Part shown: one piece after another, positions 31,037 through 40,388 of the stretch | Position numbering within the stretch: the first letter of the stretch is position 1 | How the letters are laid out: each line of letters opens with the position of its first letter | NCBI GenBank assembly: GCA_028280815.1 | Contig: JANQLC010000007.1 | Span: 81,574 to 145,573 of the forward strand | Length of the DNA: 64,000 nt | Reading direction: 5' to 3' | From: Flavobacteriales bacterium | GTDB lineage: Bacteria > Bacteroidota > Bacteroidia > Flavobacteriales > JANQLC01 | The notes under the pieces: model-generated | The model's database searches: none | What the model was told of the DNA's origin: nothing | Seen by the model: the letters and a program-made list of their open reading frames with translations, nothing else | Translations under genes and position numbers: made by a program

Positions 31037-32815
31037 ATGAGACCGAAGGCCTCGAAAATATCGGAATACGCCATACGGGGCATTTTCAACTACCCATTGG
31101 TCGTCTTGGACGCGCTGGTGGGGAGTACTTCCCTTTTGATTTACACCCAACTGGTCTTTGGTCGGGTGCGCACCGATGGTGTTTTCTATTTGGTGAACAT
31201 CGCGGTGGCCTGTGCTTTTGGGCTGCCCTTGCTATTCGCGTTCAGCCTATGGGGCAAGCGCATCCGAAACCCGGTATTCAGCTTTTTCTTGCAGATGTCG
31301 GGTTTGTTAGTCGTGATGTGGGTTTACGCTTTGTTGCCCGAGACCGCCGAAGCCTATACGTCGATCACAGTCTATCGTTTGGGCGCCGCCACCCTGTGCG
31401 CCCTACTCCTGTGTAGCTTTATCCTGTTCTTTCAAGTCGATTCGGACAACGGCTTTTGGCAATTCAATCGCTGCTGCTTCGGCGCGGCGCTCTCTTCATC
31501 GCTTTACGCCGCATTGCTCTTTCTCGGTGCCTGTCTCGCCCTGTACTTCTTTCGGTATTTGTTTCAAATTCAAATTGAGAAAAAAGTCTTTATTCAGGTT
31601 TTCATCTTTTTCTTCGGCGTGATTGACATCTGGTACTTTCTGGCCCTTCTGCCCGTGCGCCCCGAGGCTTTGGCATCGGAAAAGAAGTATCCCAATGGCT
31701 TAAAATTCATCGCGCAATACGCCTTGATCCCATTGCTCTCGTTTTACGGACTGGTCTTGTATGCGTACGGATTGAAAATCGTGCTCAAATGGCAGCTGCC
31801 CGAGGGTGGGTTAGCCACACTGGTAAGCGTTTTTAGCGCGATGGGCATGGCCGCCATCGCGCTGGTCTATCCGCTCCGAAAACAAGAGTCCAAACGCTGG
31901 GTTATCTTTTTTAAAAACGCCTTTTACATCGCCCTGCTTCCCTTACTCGCTCTGCTGCTGATCGCCGTGTGCAGGAGAATTGAGTCATACGGCTTTACGG
32001 AAGCGCGTTACTTGCTGTTGGTGCTGGCCGTTTGGTTGGTTGGAATCGCCATCTATTTCATTCGCAAAGAAGACGGAAAACTGATCTATATTCCGATGAG
32101 CCTCTTTGCCCTCATCTGCTTGGCGGCTTTCCTGCCGTATTACAATGCTTTTTCCGTCTCTAAAAAATCACAGCTCGATCGCTTGCACAACCTATTCCAG
32201 CGCGGACACATATCGGTGTCCGATAGCTTGGACGACGAGCCCGTCTCGCCCGATTCCTGGGCGCGGGTTCACAGCATTTTGGCCTATCTCGACGCGCGTG
32301 GCGAGTTGGGTGCCGTTTCGCCGTATTTTGGCCAGCGGGGTGAGGAGATAGTGAAGCCTGGCAGTCCGTACCCCGACAGGGTAAAAGTCGCTGCACTCAT
32401 GGCCTTGCTCCCCCGTCAATCAAATAGCTGGCTCGACAAAACGCTTTGTGTAACCCCCCGAGCGGTGGCGCTAAGTGGTTTTGCCTATCTGATTCCCATC
32501 GATGATACGGATTCCCAAAACCAGCGTTTGGATGAAGGGTTGACTCATTCGTGGATCGATGGCTTATCCCTCTGTGTCCGCTTTCAATCGCATACGATGA
32601 AAATCCCGCTCGCAGACGAGCTACTCCGTGTAAATAGCTGGTCTTTTAAAGGTGTAAACCAACTGGACAGCCTGGTGTTTACCGCTGCGGACTCCCTTTA
32701 TTCAGCTGAGCTCTGGATTGAAAGCGCGCAGCTCAAGTCTTTTGACAGGGATTCCATCGCGATAAAAGCCTTACAGGGTTATTGCCTGCTCAAGAAAAAC
32801 GATTCCATCGACTGA
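31037..32815 (+). CDS. polytopic membrane protein (DUF4153-like)
   Basis: About 10 TM helices followed by a soluble C-terminal domain. The start is set at ATG 31037, after the comM stop; the ORF-track N-terminus overlaps comM. Confidence 0.7.
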   Translation: MRPKASKISEYAIRGIFNYPLVVLDALVGSTSLLIYTQLVFGRVRTDGVFYLVNIAVACAFGLPLLFAFSLWGKRIRNPVFSFFLQMSGLLVVMWVYALLPETAEAYTSITVYRLGAATLCALLLCSFILFFQVDSDNGFWQFNRCCFGAALSSSLYAALLFLGACLALYFFRYLFQIQIEKKVFIQVFIFFFGVIDIWYFLALLPVRPEALASEKKYPNGLKFIAQYALIPLLSFYGLVLYAYGLKIVLKWQLPEGGLATLVSVFSAMGMAAIALVYPLRKQESKRWVIFFKNAFYIALLPLLALLLIAVCRRIESYGFTEARYLLLVLAVWLVGIAIYFIRKEDGKLIYIPMSLFALICLAAFLPYYNAFSVSKKSQLDRLHNLFQRGHISVSDSLDDEPVSPDSWARVHSILAYLDARGELGAVSPYFGQRGEEIVKPGSPYPDRVKVAALMALLPRQSNSWLDKTLCVTPRAVALSGFAYLIPIDDTDSQNQRLDEGLTHSWIDGLSLCVRFQSHTMKIPLADELLRVNSWSFKGVNQLDSLVFTAADSLYSAELWIESAQLKSFDRDSIAIKALQGYCLLKKNDSID

Positions 32816-33430
32816 TCAGGCTTTTAATCGACCTGAAGACAGCCCTTTTTGGATGATGTCCTCGATAAAGCGATCCGTTCGGTCGCCTTTGGGGTCATAG
32901 GTTTTTTTCAGTGAGATATCGAATAGATTGGCTTTCACATTCCACCAAAAAGCCGACCAACCGCTCTTGTATGCCTTGATGATTTCAAAGGGGGTGAGCT
33001 GGGTCTGTCGATAGACCAGCTTGACCAAGATCTGACCGTCTGTCCGCGACAGCGCTTTGAGTTGATTGGCAAAGGCGTCTTTCATATAGCGTTGCAGCTT
33101 TTTCACGATGCGCCGCTTCGCCCGTTTGGACTGCACCAAGTCGAGTTGTCTTTGTAGCTCCAGCAAGCTATCCGAAGCGATTTTAGCGTACTTGAATACG
33201 CGGTACACCTTTCGCTTGAGGTACAGGTATCGAACTCGATCACTGCGGTTTTTTAATCGCAGTGGTGTGAAGTAGGTGAGTTCACGCAAGAGCTGGGTAT
33301 GGACTGTGTCGCCGCCGATGACGATTGTCGTATCCCGCTCAGCCCAGGGGGGTCTCGTGTGTTTGGGCCTATTCTGGGCGGGTGCCAAGACCCAAAAACC
33401 CAGGATAAGACCGGTTAAAAGATGGCGCAT
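32816..33430 (-). CDS. DUF4294-like secreted protein
   Basis: A signal peptide, then TDGQILVKLVYRQTQLTPFEIIKAYKSGWSAFWW...KKTYDP, recalled as the DUF4294 signature. Confidence 0.7.
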   Translation of the reverse strand: MRHLLTGLILGFWVLAPAQNRPKHTRPPWAERDTTIVIGGDTVHTQLLRELTYFTPLRLKNRSDRVRYLYLKRKVYRVFKYAKIASDSLLELQRQLDLVQSKRAKRRIVKKLQRYMKDAFANQLKALSRTDGQILVKLVYRQTQLTPFEIIKAYKSGWSAFWWNVKANLFDISLKKTYDPKGDRTDRFIEDIIQKGLSSGRLKA

Positions 33431-33620
33431 ATCGGCTCGATTTACTCTCGCTTAAAGGCGCGGCTTCAGACTCTATATGAAACTGAAAAATACCATTTTA
33501 ATCCCCTGCTTGTGCGTTACAGGATGCCTTGTAAAACAATTTCTTCGGGTTAGAGTGCAGATGGTTTTCCCATATTGCTATCTTTGCCCACAAAATGGTT
33601 TGCCCCCCAAAAATAACGAA

Positions 33621-34709
33621 ATGGCAAAAGAAGAACTATTAGACGCCCAATCGCTGTCCTTCTTAGAAGAATACCTCGATACGCCTGCGCCTACTGGCTT
33701 TGAATCCGCTGGACAGAAAGTGTGGCTGGACTACATCAAGCCCTATGTCGATGAAACGCTGGTGGACAACTATGGCTCGGCAGCGGCGATCAGCAATCCG
33801 AAGGCCGACTACAAGGTGGTGGTGGAAGCCCATGCGGACGAGATATCTTGGTTTGTCAATCACATCACCGACGAGGGGCTGATTTACGTGATTCGGAATG
33901 GGGGTTCAGATCACCAGATTGCGCCGAGCAAACGCGTGCACATCCACACCCAAAAGGGTATGATTCCCGGCGTATTTGGCTGGCCTGCCATTCACACCCG
34001 CGACCATGCCAAGGAGGAAGCGCCCAAGCTGGAAAACATCTTTATCGACATCGGTGCGACCAGCAAGGCCGAAGTAGCCGACTTGGGGGTGCATGTGGGC
34101 TGTGTGATCACCTATCCGGATTCCTTTATGGTCTTGAATGATAGGTACTACGTCTGTCGCGCCTTGGACAATCGGATCGGCGGTTTCATGATCGCACAGG
34201 TCGCTCGTTTGTTAAAGGAAAATCAGGTGGACTTACCCTTTGCGCTCTACGTGGTCAATTCCGTACAAGAAGAGGTGGGCTTGCGCGGCGCTGAGATGAT
34301 GACACAGCGCATTAAGCCCGATCTAGCCCTCGTGACCGATGTGACGCATGACACCTCTACCCCGATGATCGACAAACGGAAAGAAGGGGATGTGCGCTGT
34401 GGAAAGGGACCGGTATTGGCCTATGCTCCCGCCGTTCAAAACAATTTGCGAGACCTGCTCATCCATACGGCAGAGAAATGTAAAATCCCCTTTCAACGCG
34501 GTGCACTATCGCGTGTTACCGGTACCGATACCGATGCCTTTGCATACAGCAACGGCGGTGTGGTTAGCGCCCTGGTTTCTCTTCCGCTTCGCTATATGCA
34601 CACCACTGTGGAAATGGTGGAAAAGACTGATGTGAATCATTTGATACGACTGCTGTTCGAGGGCTTGAAAAACATAGGGCACAAGCGGGATTTCAGGTAT
34701 TTGCGCTGA
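33621..34709 (+). CDS. M42 family metallopeptidase (glutamyl aminopeptidase / FrvX-like)
   Basis: LDTPAPTGFE, the HADEI motif, DNRIGG and SVQEEVGLRGA are M42 signatures. The start is moved to ATG 33621. Confidence 0.9.
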   Translation: MAKEELLDAQSLSFLEEYLDTPAPTGFESAGQKVWLDYIKPYVDETLVDNYGSAAAISNPKADYKVVVEAHADEISWFVNHITDEGLIYVIRNGGSDHQIAPSKRVHIHTQKGMIPGVFGWPAIHTRDHAKEEAPKLENIFIDIGATSKAEVADLGVHVGCVITYPDSFMVLNDRYYVCRALDNRIGGFMIAQVARLLKENQVDLPFALYVVNSVQEEVGLRGAEMMTQRIKPDLALVTDVTHDTSTPMIDKRKEGDVRCGKGPVLAYAPAVQNNLRDLLIHTAEKCKIPFQRGALSRVTGTDTDAFAYSNGGVVSALVSLPLRYMHTTVEMVEKTDVNHLIRLLFEGLKNIGHKRDFRYLR

Positions 34710-34837
34710 GGTCCCTCACACCGGACCACCTTTGGAATCGGATAAAAATAACCGAGCCTAGCTTGAATCGACGGGGCTATCGGCTTTGTTTTGAAACTTA
34801 CGGGGCTTTGGCGATCAGCAGGGGAGACTCCATTGCG

Positions 34838-35645
34838 GGCGGGTTTCTAAATGGTGTTGCTCCTGTCGATTTTTTGCATTTGCTTTTCTACGGTTGGTGA
34901 TGGTTAGATTTTGAGCTGGGTTGTTTTTTGTCCTTGTGTTCTCCGTCGGGTTTTTGCACTTCTCATCTCTTTGCTTCTTGTACGGGTCGGTTTTTTGCAT
35001 TTTTTCTACCATTTGGTGTGGATGGACTTTGGATTGCATGGGTTGGGTTACTCAATTTGTTCAGTGTGCTGTTGCCTGATTGGCGTGTGAGCCTGTCGGC
35101 TGGTTGGGTTGTTTGATTGGGTGTCTCTTATCGGTTTTTTGCATTTGTTTTTCTCGGGCGGGTTTTGGATCCTGTGGGTTGGATGGGTCTGTTCTTCATC
35201 GAGTTCCTCGCGTGGGTTTTATGCTTGGCGTAGGTGGGTTTTGAGCTGTGTTGCATTTGCAATGGCTGGACGGGATCGGATCTTTTACACGGGTCTTTTC
35301 TGCGATGGGTGTGGGTGGGTTTTGGACTTCTCGCCTTTTCCCCTTTTTCCTGTTCGGATTTTTTGCATGGGCTTTTTCTGTGGCTGGTTTATGCAGTTTT
35401 GCCGGTTGGTGTACGTCATTTCGCTCTCGTTTGTGCGCGAGTGCATTTGTCGGGTTTTTGCATCGGCATTTTTCGGTTGATGTAGTTGAGTCGGCTGGAT
35501 TTCCACCCAGTGTTTGAAAGGCGTTTTTGCCCTTGGGATTAAGGCGGCTTGTCAAGGGTTGCCAGTCGGCGCTTTTTTACCTGAGCCGTTTTGGGTCGAC
35601 GGCGTTTTTGTATGGATCAGGGCTTGCGTTTCGCTTGAGCCTGGT
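34838..35645 (+). repeat. G+T-rich non-coding repeat array, locus 3
   Basis: TTTTGCA(T/C)TT-type motifs at 34870, 34951, 34991, 35135, 35358, 35451 and 35466. Segment 34987-35134 matches 1383-1529, and 35509-35645 matches 19354-19492. Confidence 0.7.
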
Positions 35646-35685
35646 GAATGGATATAGTCGTTAGTCGGCTTTAACCCTATGGCAG

Positions 35686-37392
35686 TCAGTGATCCAATTC
35701 CAATTCCAAATCTGTGAGCAGTTTGGCCACGAGCGGATTTTTCGCTGCGAAATAAGCGTATTTTTCCTGGGGCGTATAGGGCAATTTTTCCATTGCTTCT
35801 TCATCCACTCGGGTCCTTATCGAAAGGGTGTAGTTGTCGAGCTTTTCCCGTAGGAAATCGGTCAGTGCTGTCTGGTGCTTTTTAAAATCGTCTAAGAGCG
35901 ATTGGGTGGGCAGGGTATGAGCAATTACGAAGTCCTTTTCTAGCTGGGGATTGGAAGCGGTTAACGAGAGAAAATAGCTGTGTCGCATTTCTTCTTTTTG
36001 CCTTTTTGCAAAGTCATTCCATTGTTTTTTTAAGTCCGATTCTGCAAACGGGGTTTTGGGCAGCTCGTCGCAACCCACCGCCATTTCTTCAGCGGGTGCT
36101 TCTTCGTTGAGCCGAGCTGTAATGGAAAAGGCAGATCGCCGTTTGGCATTTACGATGGATTGAGTCGCTGAGGGTGCTATACCGGATGGGGGGACTTTTT
36201 GCGCCCGGTCAACCTGCTGTGCAGCCACATCTTTTCCGGGTTCCCTACCCGATTCTCTCGACTGGGTTACAGCGGTTGAATCAAGGCTTTTCGGTGGCGA
36301 CGCCACCAGGGGTGTTGCCTTTTTTTTTGCGCTCTGAAAACCCGATCGAGAGGCCAGTTGCACCAAGGCGATCTCTACGGTAAGGCGTTTGTTTTGACTG
36401 GTTTTGAAATGGCGTTCTGCCGCATTGACAATCGCCAAACCATCGAATAAGAAGGGGACAGGGGTTTGCTGTGCTTGCGCTATATATTTTTTTCGAGCCT
36501 CTTCACCCACTTCCAACAAGGCGTGGGTTTGGGGATCCGTAGCGACGAGCAAATCCCGAAGGTGTTCGCCCATACCGGCCAAGAACGACTCAGTTGGGAA
36601 TCCCCTTGTCAAAATTTCATCGTATTGGAGCAACAATCCCCTGTAGTCCCCCTGTAGCATAAGATCAGTCGCCTCGAAGAAGTATGTGTGGTCTAAGACG
36701 TTTAAATTTTCCGATACGGCAGCCCACGTCAGCTTTTTACCGGTAAAGGAAACCAGGCGGTCAAATAGGGAAAGCGCGTCTCGCAAGGCGCCATCGGCCT
36801 TTTGAGCGATGAGGTGCAAGGCATCACCTTCCACCTCGACCTGTTCTCTATCGGCTATTTTCTCGAGCTGCGCTTTGATGTCGGATACGCTGATCCGCTT
36901 GAAATCATAGATCTGGCAACGCGAGCGTATCGTGGGAATGATCCTGTGCTTCTCCGTAGTGGCCAAGATGAAGACGACGTGTTTGGGTGGCTCTTCGAGA
37001 GTTTTTAAAAAGGCGTTAAAGGCGGCTTGTGAGAGCATGTGCACTTCATCGATGATATACACCTTGTACTTTCCCACCTGAGGGGCGAATCGAACTTGCT
37101 CGCTAAGTGAACGAATGTCATCTACAGAATTGTTTGAAGCCGCATCCAATTCAAAGATGTTAAATGAAAAATCGCTTTTCTGAGCGTCCGAAGTCGATTC
37201 GTTGAGCTTTCGGGCTACAATACGGGCACAGCTGGTTTTACCCACGCCACGCGGACCGCAGAACAACAAGGCCTGTGCCAGCTGATTCGCATCTATGGCT
37301 TGCTGCAAGGCAGTCGCAATGGCGCGCTGGCCGACTAAGTCCTCAAATCGGTCTGGCCGGTATTTTCTGGCCGATACGACGTATTGCTCCAC
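35686..37392 (-). CDS. dnaX: DNA polymerase III subunit gamma/tau
   Basis: VSARKYRPDRFEDLVGQ, Walker A GPRGVGKTS, and IIDEVHMLS. The start is set at GTG 37392 (V-EQYVVSARKYRP); the ORF-track start at 37440 is an alternative. Confidence 0.93.
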   Translation of the reverse strand: MEQYVVSARKYRPDRFEDLVGQRAIATALQQAIDANQLAQALLFCGPRGVGKTSCARIVARKLNESTSDAQKSDFSFNIFELDAASNNSVDDIRSLSEQVRFAPQVGKYKVYIIDEVHMLSQAAFNAFLKTLEEPPKHVVFILATTEKHRIIPTIRSRCQIYDFKRISVSDIKAQLEKIADREQVEVEGDALHLIAQKADGALRDALSLFDRLVSFTGKKLTWAAVSENLNVLDHTYFFEATDLMLQGDYRGLLLQYDEILTRGFPTESFLAGMGEHLRDLLVATDPQTHALLEVGEEARKKYIAQAQQTPVPFLFDGLAIVNAAERHFKTSQNKRLTVEIALVQLASRSGFQSAKKKATPLVASPPKSLDSTAVTQSRESGREPGKDVAAQQVDRAQKVPPSGIAPSATQSIVNAKRRSAFSITARLNEEAPAEEMAVGCDELPKTPFAESDLKKQWNDFAKRQKEEMRHSYFLSLTASNPQLEKDFVIAHTLPTQSLLDDFKKHQTALTDFLREKLDNYTLSIRTRVDEEAMEKLPYTPQEKYAYFAAKNPLVAKLLTDLELELDH

Positions 37393-37445
37393 TGGATTTC
37401 CACTTGTCCACAAAAGTAATATTTCAAAGCCATACAGCAAAGGAC

Positions 37446-37476
37446 TTGTTCAAAGCGGAGAATAGTACTACATTTG
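37446..37476 (+). promoter_or_regulatory. Bacteroidota sigma-A type promoter (TTG-N20-TACATTTG) for rpsF-rpsR-rplI
   Basis: TACATTTG at 37469-37476 matches TAnnTTTG, and TTG at 37446-37448 lies 20 nt upstream. The rpsF ATG is 32 nt downstream. Confidence 0.45.
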
Positions 37477-37508
37477 CGCCCGAATTAAAGATTATCTGAG
37501 CTGTCACT

Positions 37509-37862
37509 ATGAGGCATTATGAGACTGTTTTTATCTTAAGTCCCGTTTTATCTGATGATAAGGTAAAGGAAGCAGTTGAGAAGTACGAGGATCTCATCCG
37601 ATCCAAGGAGGCGAAAATCGTCGCCTCTGAGCATTGGGGCCTCAAAAAATTGGCCTACCCGATCCAGCGCAAAAAAACCGGATTTTACCACTTGTTTGAA
37701 TTCCAGACCCAAAACAGCGGCTTGCTGTCAGCGCTTGAGTTACAGCTCAAACGCGATGAACAGGTCCTGCGCTTTTTAACCGTACGCCTGGATAAGCACG
37801 CCATCGAATGGGCTAGCAAGCGGAGAGAACGACTAAAAATCCAAATAGATGAGGCATCATGA
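37509..37862 (+). CDS. rpsF: 30S ribosomal protein S6
   Basis: [14 protein letters not shown] start, 117 aa, upstream of S18 and L9. Confidence 0.95.
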   Translation: MRHYETVFILSPVLSDDKVKEAVEKYEDLIRSKEAKIVASEHWGLKKLAYPIQRKKTGFYHLFEFQTQNSGLLSALELQLKRDEQVLRFLTVRLDKHAIEWASKRRERLKIQIDEAS

Positions 37863-38173
37863 GCAGCAACGATAAGAGTTTGGAGGTATTGGAAAAAAGC
37901 GGAGCGAGCAGCCAGAGTGAAATCCGCTATCTCACCCCTTTGAAAATCGAAACCGGTAAGCGTGATAAATACTGTCGATTTAAACGATCAGGCATTCGTT
38001 ATATAGATTACAAGAATCCCGACTTTTTATTAAAGCTGGTCAATGAGCAGGGCAAAATCTTACCCCGCCGCCTGACCGGTACCTCTTTGAAATACCAGCG
38101 AAAAGTGGCTAAGGCCATCAAGCGCGCGCGCCACTTAGCCCTGTTGCCCTATCAGGGTGATATGTTGAAATGA
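37859..38173 (+). CDS. rpsR: 30S ribosomal protein S18
   Basis: [15 protein letters not shown]...ILPRRLTG...[23 protein letters not shown] overlap with rpsF. Confidence 0.95.
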   Translation: MSSNDKSLEVLEKSGASSQSEIRYLTPLKIETGKRDKYCRFKRSGIRYIDYKNPDFLLKLVNEQGKILPRRLTGTSLKYQRKVAKAIKRARHLALLPYQGDMLK

Positions 38174-38188
38174 GAGAGATGCGATAAA

Positions 38189-38635
38189 ATGGAAGTGATA
38201 CTGGTGCGAGATATCGAACACCTGGGCCTCAAAGACGAGATCGTCACCGTGCGGGATGGGTACGCCCGAAATTACTTGATTCCAAAACAGCTCGCCATTT
38301 GCGCTTCCCAATCCAATCGAAAGCAACACGACGAGGCACTGAGACAGCGCGCACACCGCGAGCGGGAAGGGGTAAACCAGGCCCGTGAAACAGCGGCTGC
38401 GCTAGCGGATTTGACACTTAAAATCCCAGCCAAGGTGGGTGCTGAAAACAAGCTATTCGGCTCTGTAACCCGTGCAGACTTGGCTGAGGCCTTGCGTCAA
38501 TCGGGATTCGATATCGACAAAAAACGCATCGAGATAAATGGCGGTGTCGTCAAAGCCATAGGAACTCATACGGCATCCATACGCTTGCACCGCTCGCTTA
38601 CGACAGACCTTTGCTTTGAAGTCGTAGCCGGTTAA
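38189..38635 (+). CDS. rplI: 50S ribosomal protein L9
   Basis: MEVILVRDIEHLGLKDEIVTVRDGYARNYLIP start, 148 aa. Confidence 0.95.
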   Translation: MEVILVRDIEHLGLKDEIVTVRDGYARNYLIPKQLAICASQSNRKQHDEALRQRAHREREGVNQARETAAALADLTLKIPAKVGAENKLFGSVTRADLAEALRQSGFDIDKKRIEINGGVVKAIGTHTASIRLHRSLTTDLCFEVVAG

Positions 38636-38749
38636 GCCAACGCGATACAGCACCATAGCCGTGGTGCCCAATTTGCAGAATCCTGCTGTATTTGCGTTTG
38701 AGCGCTGTTGACTCTCATTATAGCTCGAATCCCGACAAACCTGTAAATT

Positions 38750-40275
38750 CAGCCTCAGTTTTTGCATTTATGCGGTGTCTCGTTTGTAAAATCCCAGTGT
38801 CGCATAAATCATATGTTTGGGCTTCAAAGGGGATAAGCTCGTTTTTTTGTTTTATCCCCATAGGGTTGATTTAAAAGTCGGTCTTCCCATTTTGTTTTAG
38901 CCTTGTGAGATCGGCCTGAAAACCCAAGCCTATCTCTCCCCTATGGGTCTATCTGAAAAGCGCCTCTTATTTTTGGCGCTTGTGCATTCCGGTTGTAAAA
39001 TCGCAATCACCTCGTCGGTCAAACCGGATCAACCTCAAGGGTTTTTACCATATAGTTAAACTAAGGGACTGAAGAATAGATTTGTCTTTATCTTGTGAGA
39101 GTGGTTTGAAAGGGGTCTATTTTTTGATCCCATCCCTGTTGTGGGGCCGTTTGAAAGGGAGGCTTATTCTTTGATTTTTGCCTATCTCTGTGGGTCGGTT
39201 TAGAAGGCGAATTGTTTTTCCCTTTCCGTTTGGTAGCTTAAAAATGAGGCTCGTCTTTTGTTTTGCCTTTGTCCTCTCTGGTGCAGGTCCCGATGTTGGC
39301 CTAAATCGAAAGTGTCTAAACAAGGGTTTATTTTTTGTGCTTGTCCCTGTGTGGGATTTGAAGGGGGCTTATTTCTTTGTTGTCGTCCTTGGGATTCGGT
39401 TTAAAAAGTCGGTGCTATCTCTCGCCCTGTGAGGTGGAGCTGAAAAGTGGGCATGCTTTTCTACTTTTGTGTTGATCTGAAGAATCCGCCTTGTCTTTGG
39501 TTTCCGTAGAGCCAGTGCGGCTGGGTTTTGTTGTATTTTCAACTTGGGGGCATTCTGAAAAGCAGGGTTTACGCTTTCACTTTGTCCTTTTGTGGTAACT
39601 CGGTGGGGCAGGGATTTATTTTTTGTTTTTGTCCTGTGCGGCAGTTTAAAAAGGGGGACTCTTGTGCCTACCTCTGTTGTGCCCCGGCTGCAAAATCCCA
39701 ATCGCGTCATCGTGGTCAAATCGGTACAGTACTGCCTTGGGAAACGGCTGAGAAGGGGCTTATCTCTTTTTGTGTTTATCTGTGCAGCAGTTGGAAAGTC
39801 AGATTTGCTCTTTGGTTTTATCTCCGTATGGATATAGCAATGCGAAAATCCAGCTCTGTCTCTTTCTTCTGTGTGACGGTTTGAAAAGCGGCCTTATTCT
39901 TTTGTTTATATGCTTCCAGCTGCAAAAGTCCAATTGCATCGTCGATCAAATCGGAAGGGACTTGTTTTTTGTCCCCGAGGAGCCTGGAAAGCGGGTCTTG
40001 TCTTTATCCGGCGTATCGGTTTTGAAAATGGGGTGGTTTTTTTGCCTTTGTTCTGGTTTGGCAGTTTAAAAAGAGCGCTTTTTTGTCTGATCGGCAATCG
40101 ATTTGGGTTGGCTCCACTGGTTTTATCAGGTGTTTATCCCGGCGTGCTTTGGTCTGAAAAAGCGGCTTTATCCGCTGTGAGGAGTCTGAGTCTCCAACTC
40201 TATTTTTGCCCTTTTGCGCGGGTTTGAAAGAGATCGTCCTATTTCTTTGCGTTTGCCTCTACGCGCTTTGGGTGT
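38750..40275 (+). repeat. tandem array of roughly two dozen degenerate 36-60 bp units (GTTTGAAAAG...CTTATTCTTTTGTTT...CTGTG), locus 4 of the GT-rich family
   Basis: Unit starts read at 39103, 39149, 39198, 39237 and so on (periods 46, 49, 39). A sub-repeat CTGCAAAA(T/G)(C)CCAAT.GC.TC.TCG..(G/A)TCAAA(T/C)CGG occurs at 38992, 39687 and 39918. A TTTTTGCATTT motif lies at 38758. Confidence 0.75.
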
Positions 40276-40388
40276 GGTAGCCGCCTAGTGAAAACCCTTT
40301 GTAAGCCTGGCACGGCGAGAGGAGAGAAACGCGCAAAAGTTGAGGCATCGGGATAGAACCGATTGGTGTATGAAGCGTCCCAACGCAT

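Noticed and set aside
34815-35555. ORFs inside repeat locus 3 (34815-35039 -, 35109-35480 +, 35196-35555 - and others).
   Set aside because: Compositional artefact of the G+T-rich / C+A-rich strands.
38750-40275. Possible CRISPR array, because of the regular 40-50 bp periodicity.
   Set aside because: No conserved direct repeat of 23 nt or more exists, the units are degenerate throughout rather than repeat/spacer alternating, and no cas genes are in the window. The ORFs here (39178-39432, 39369-39719 -, 39528-39884 and others) are also rejected as artefacts.
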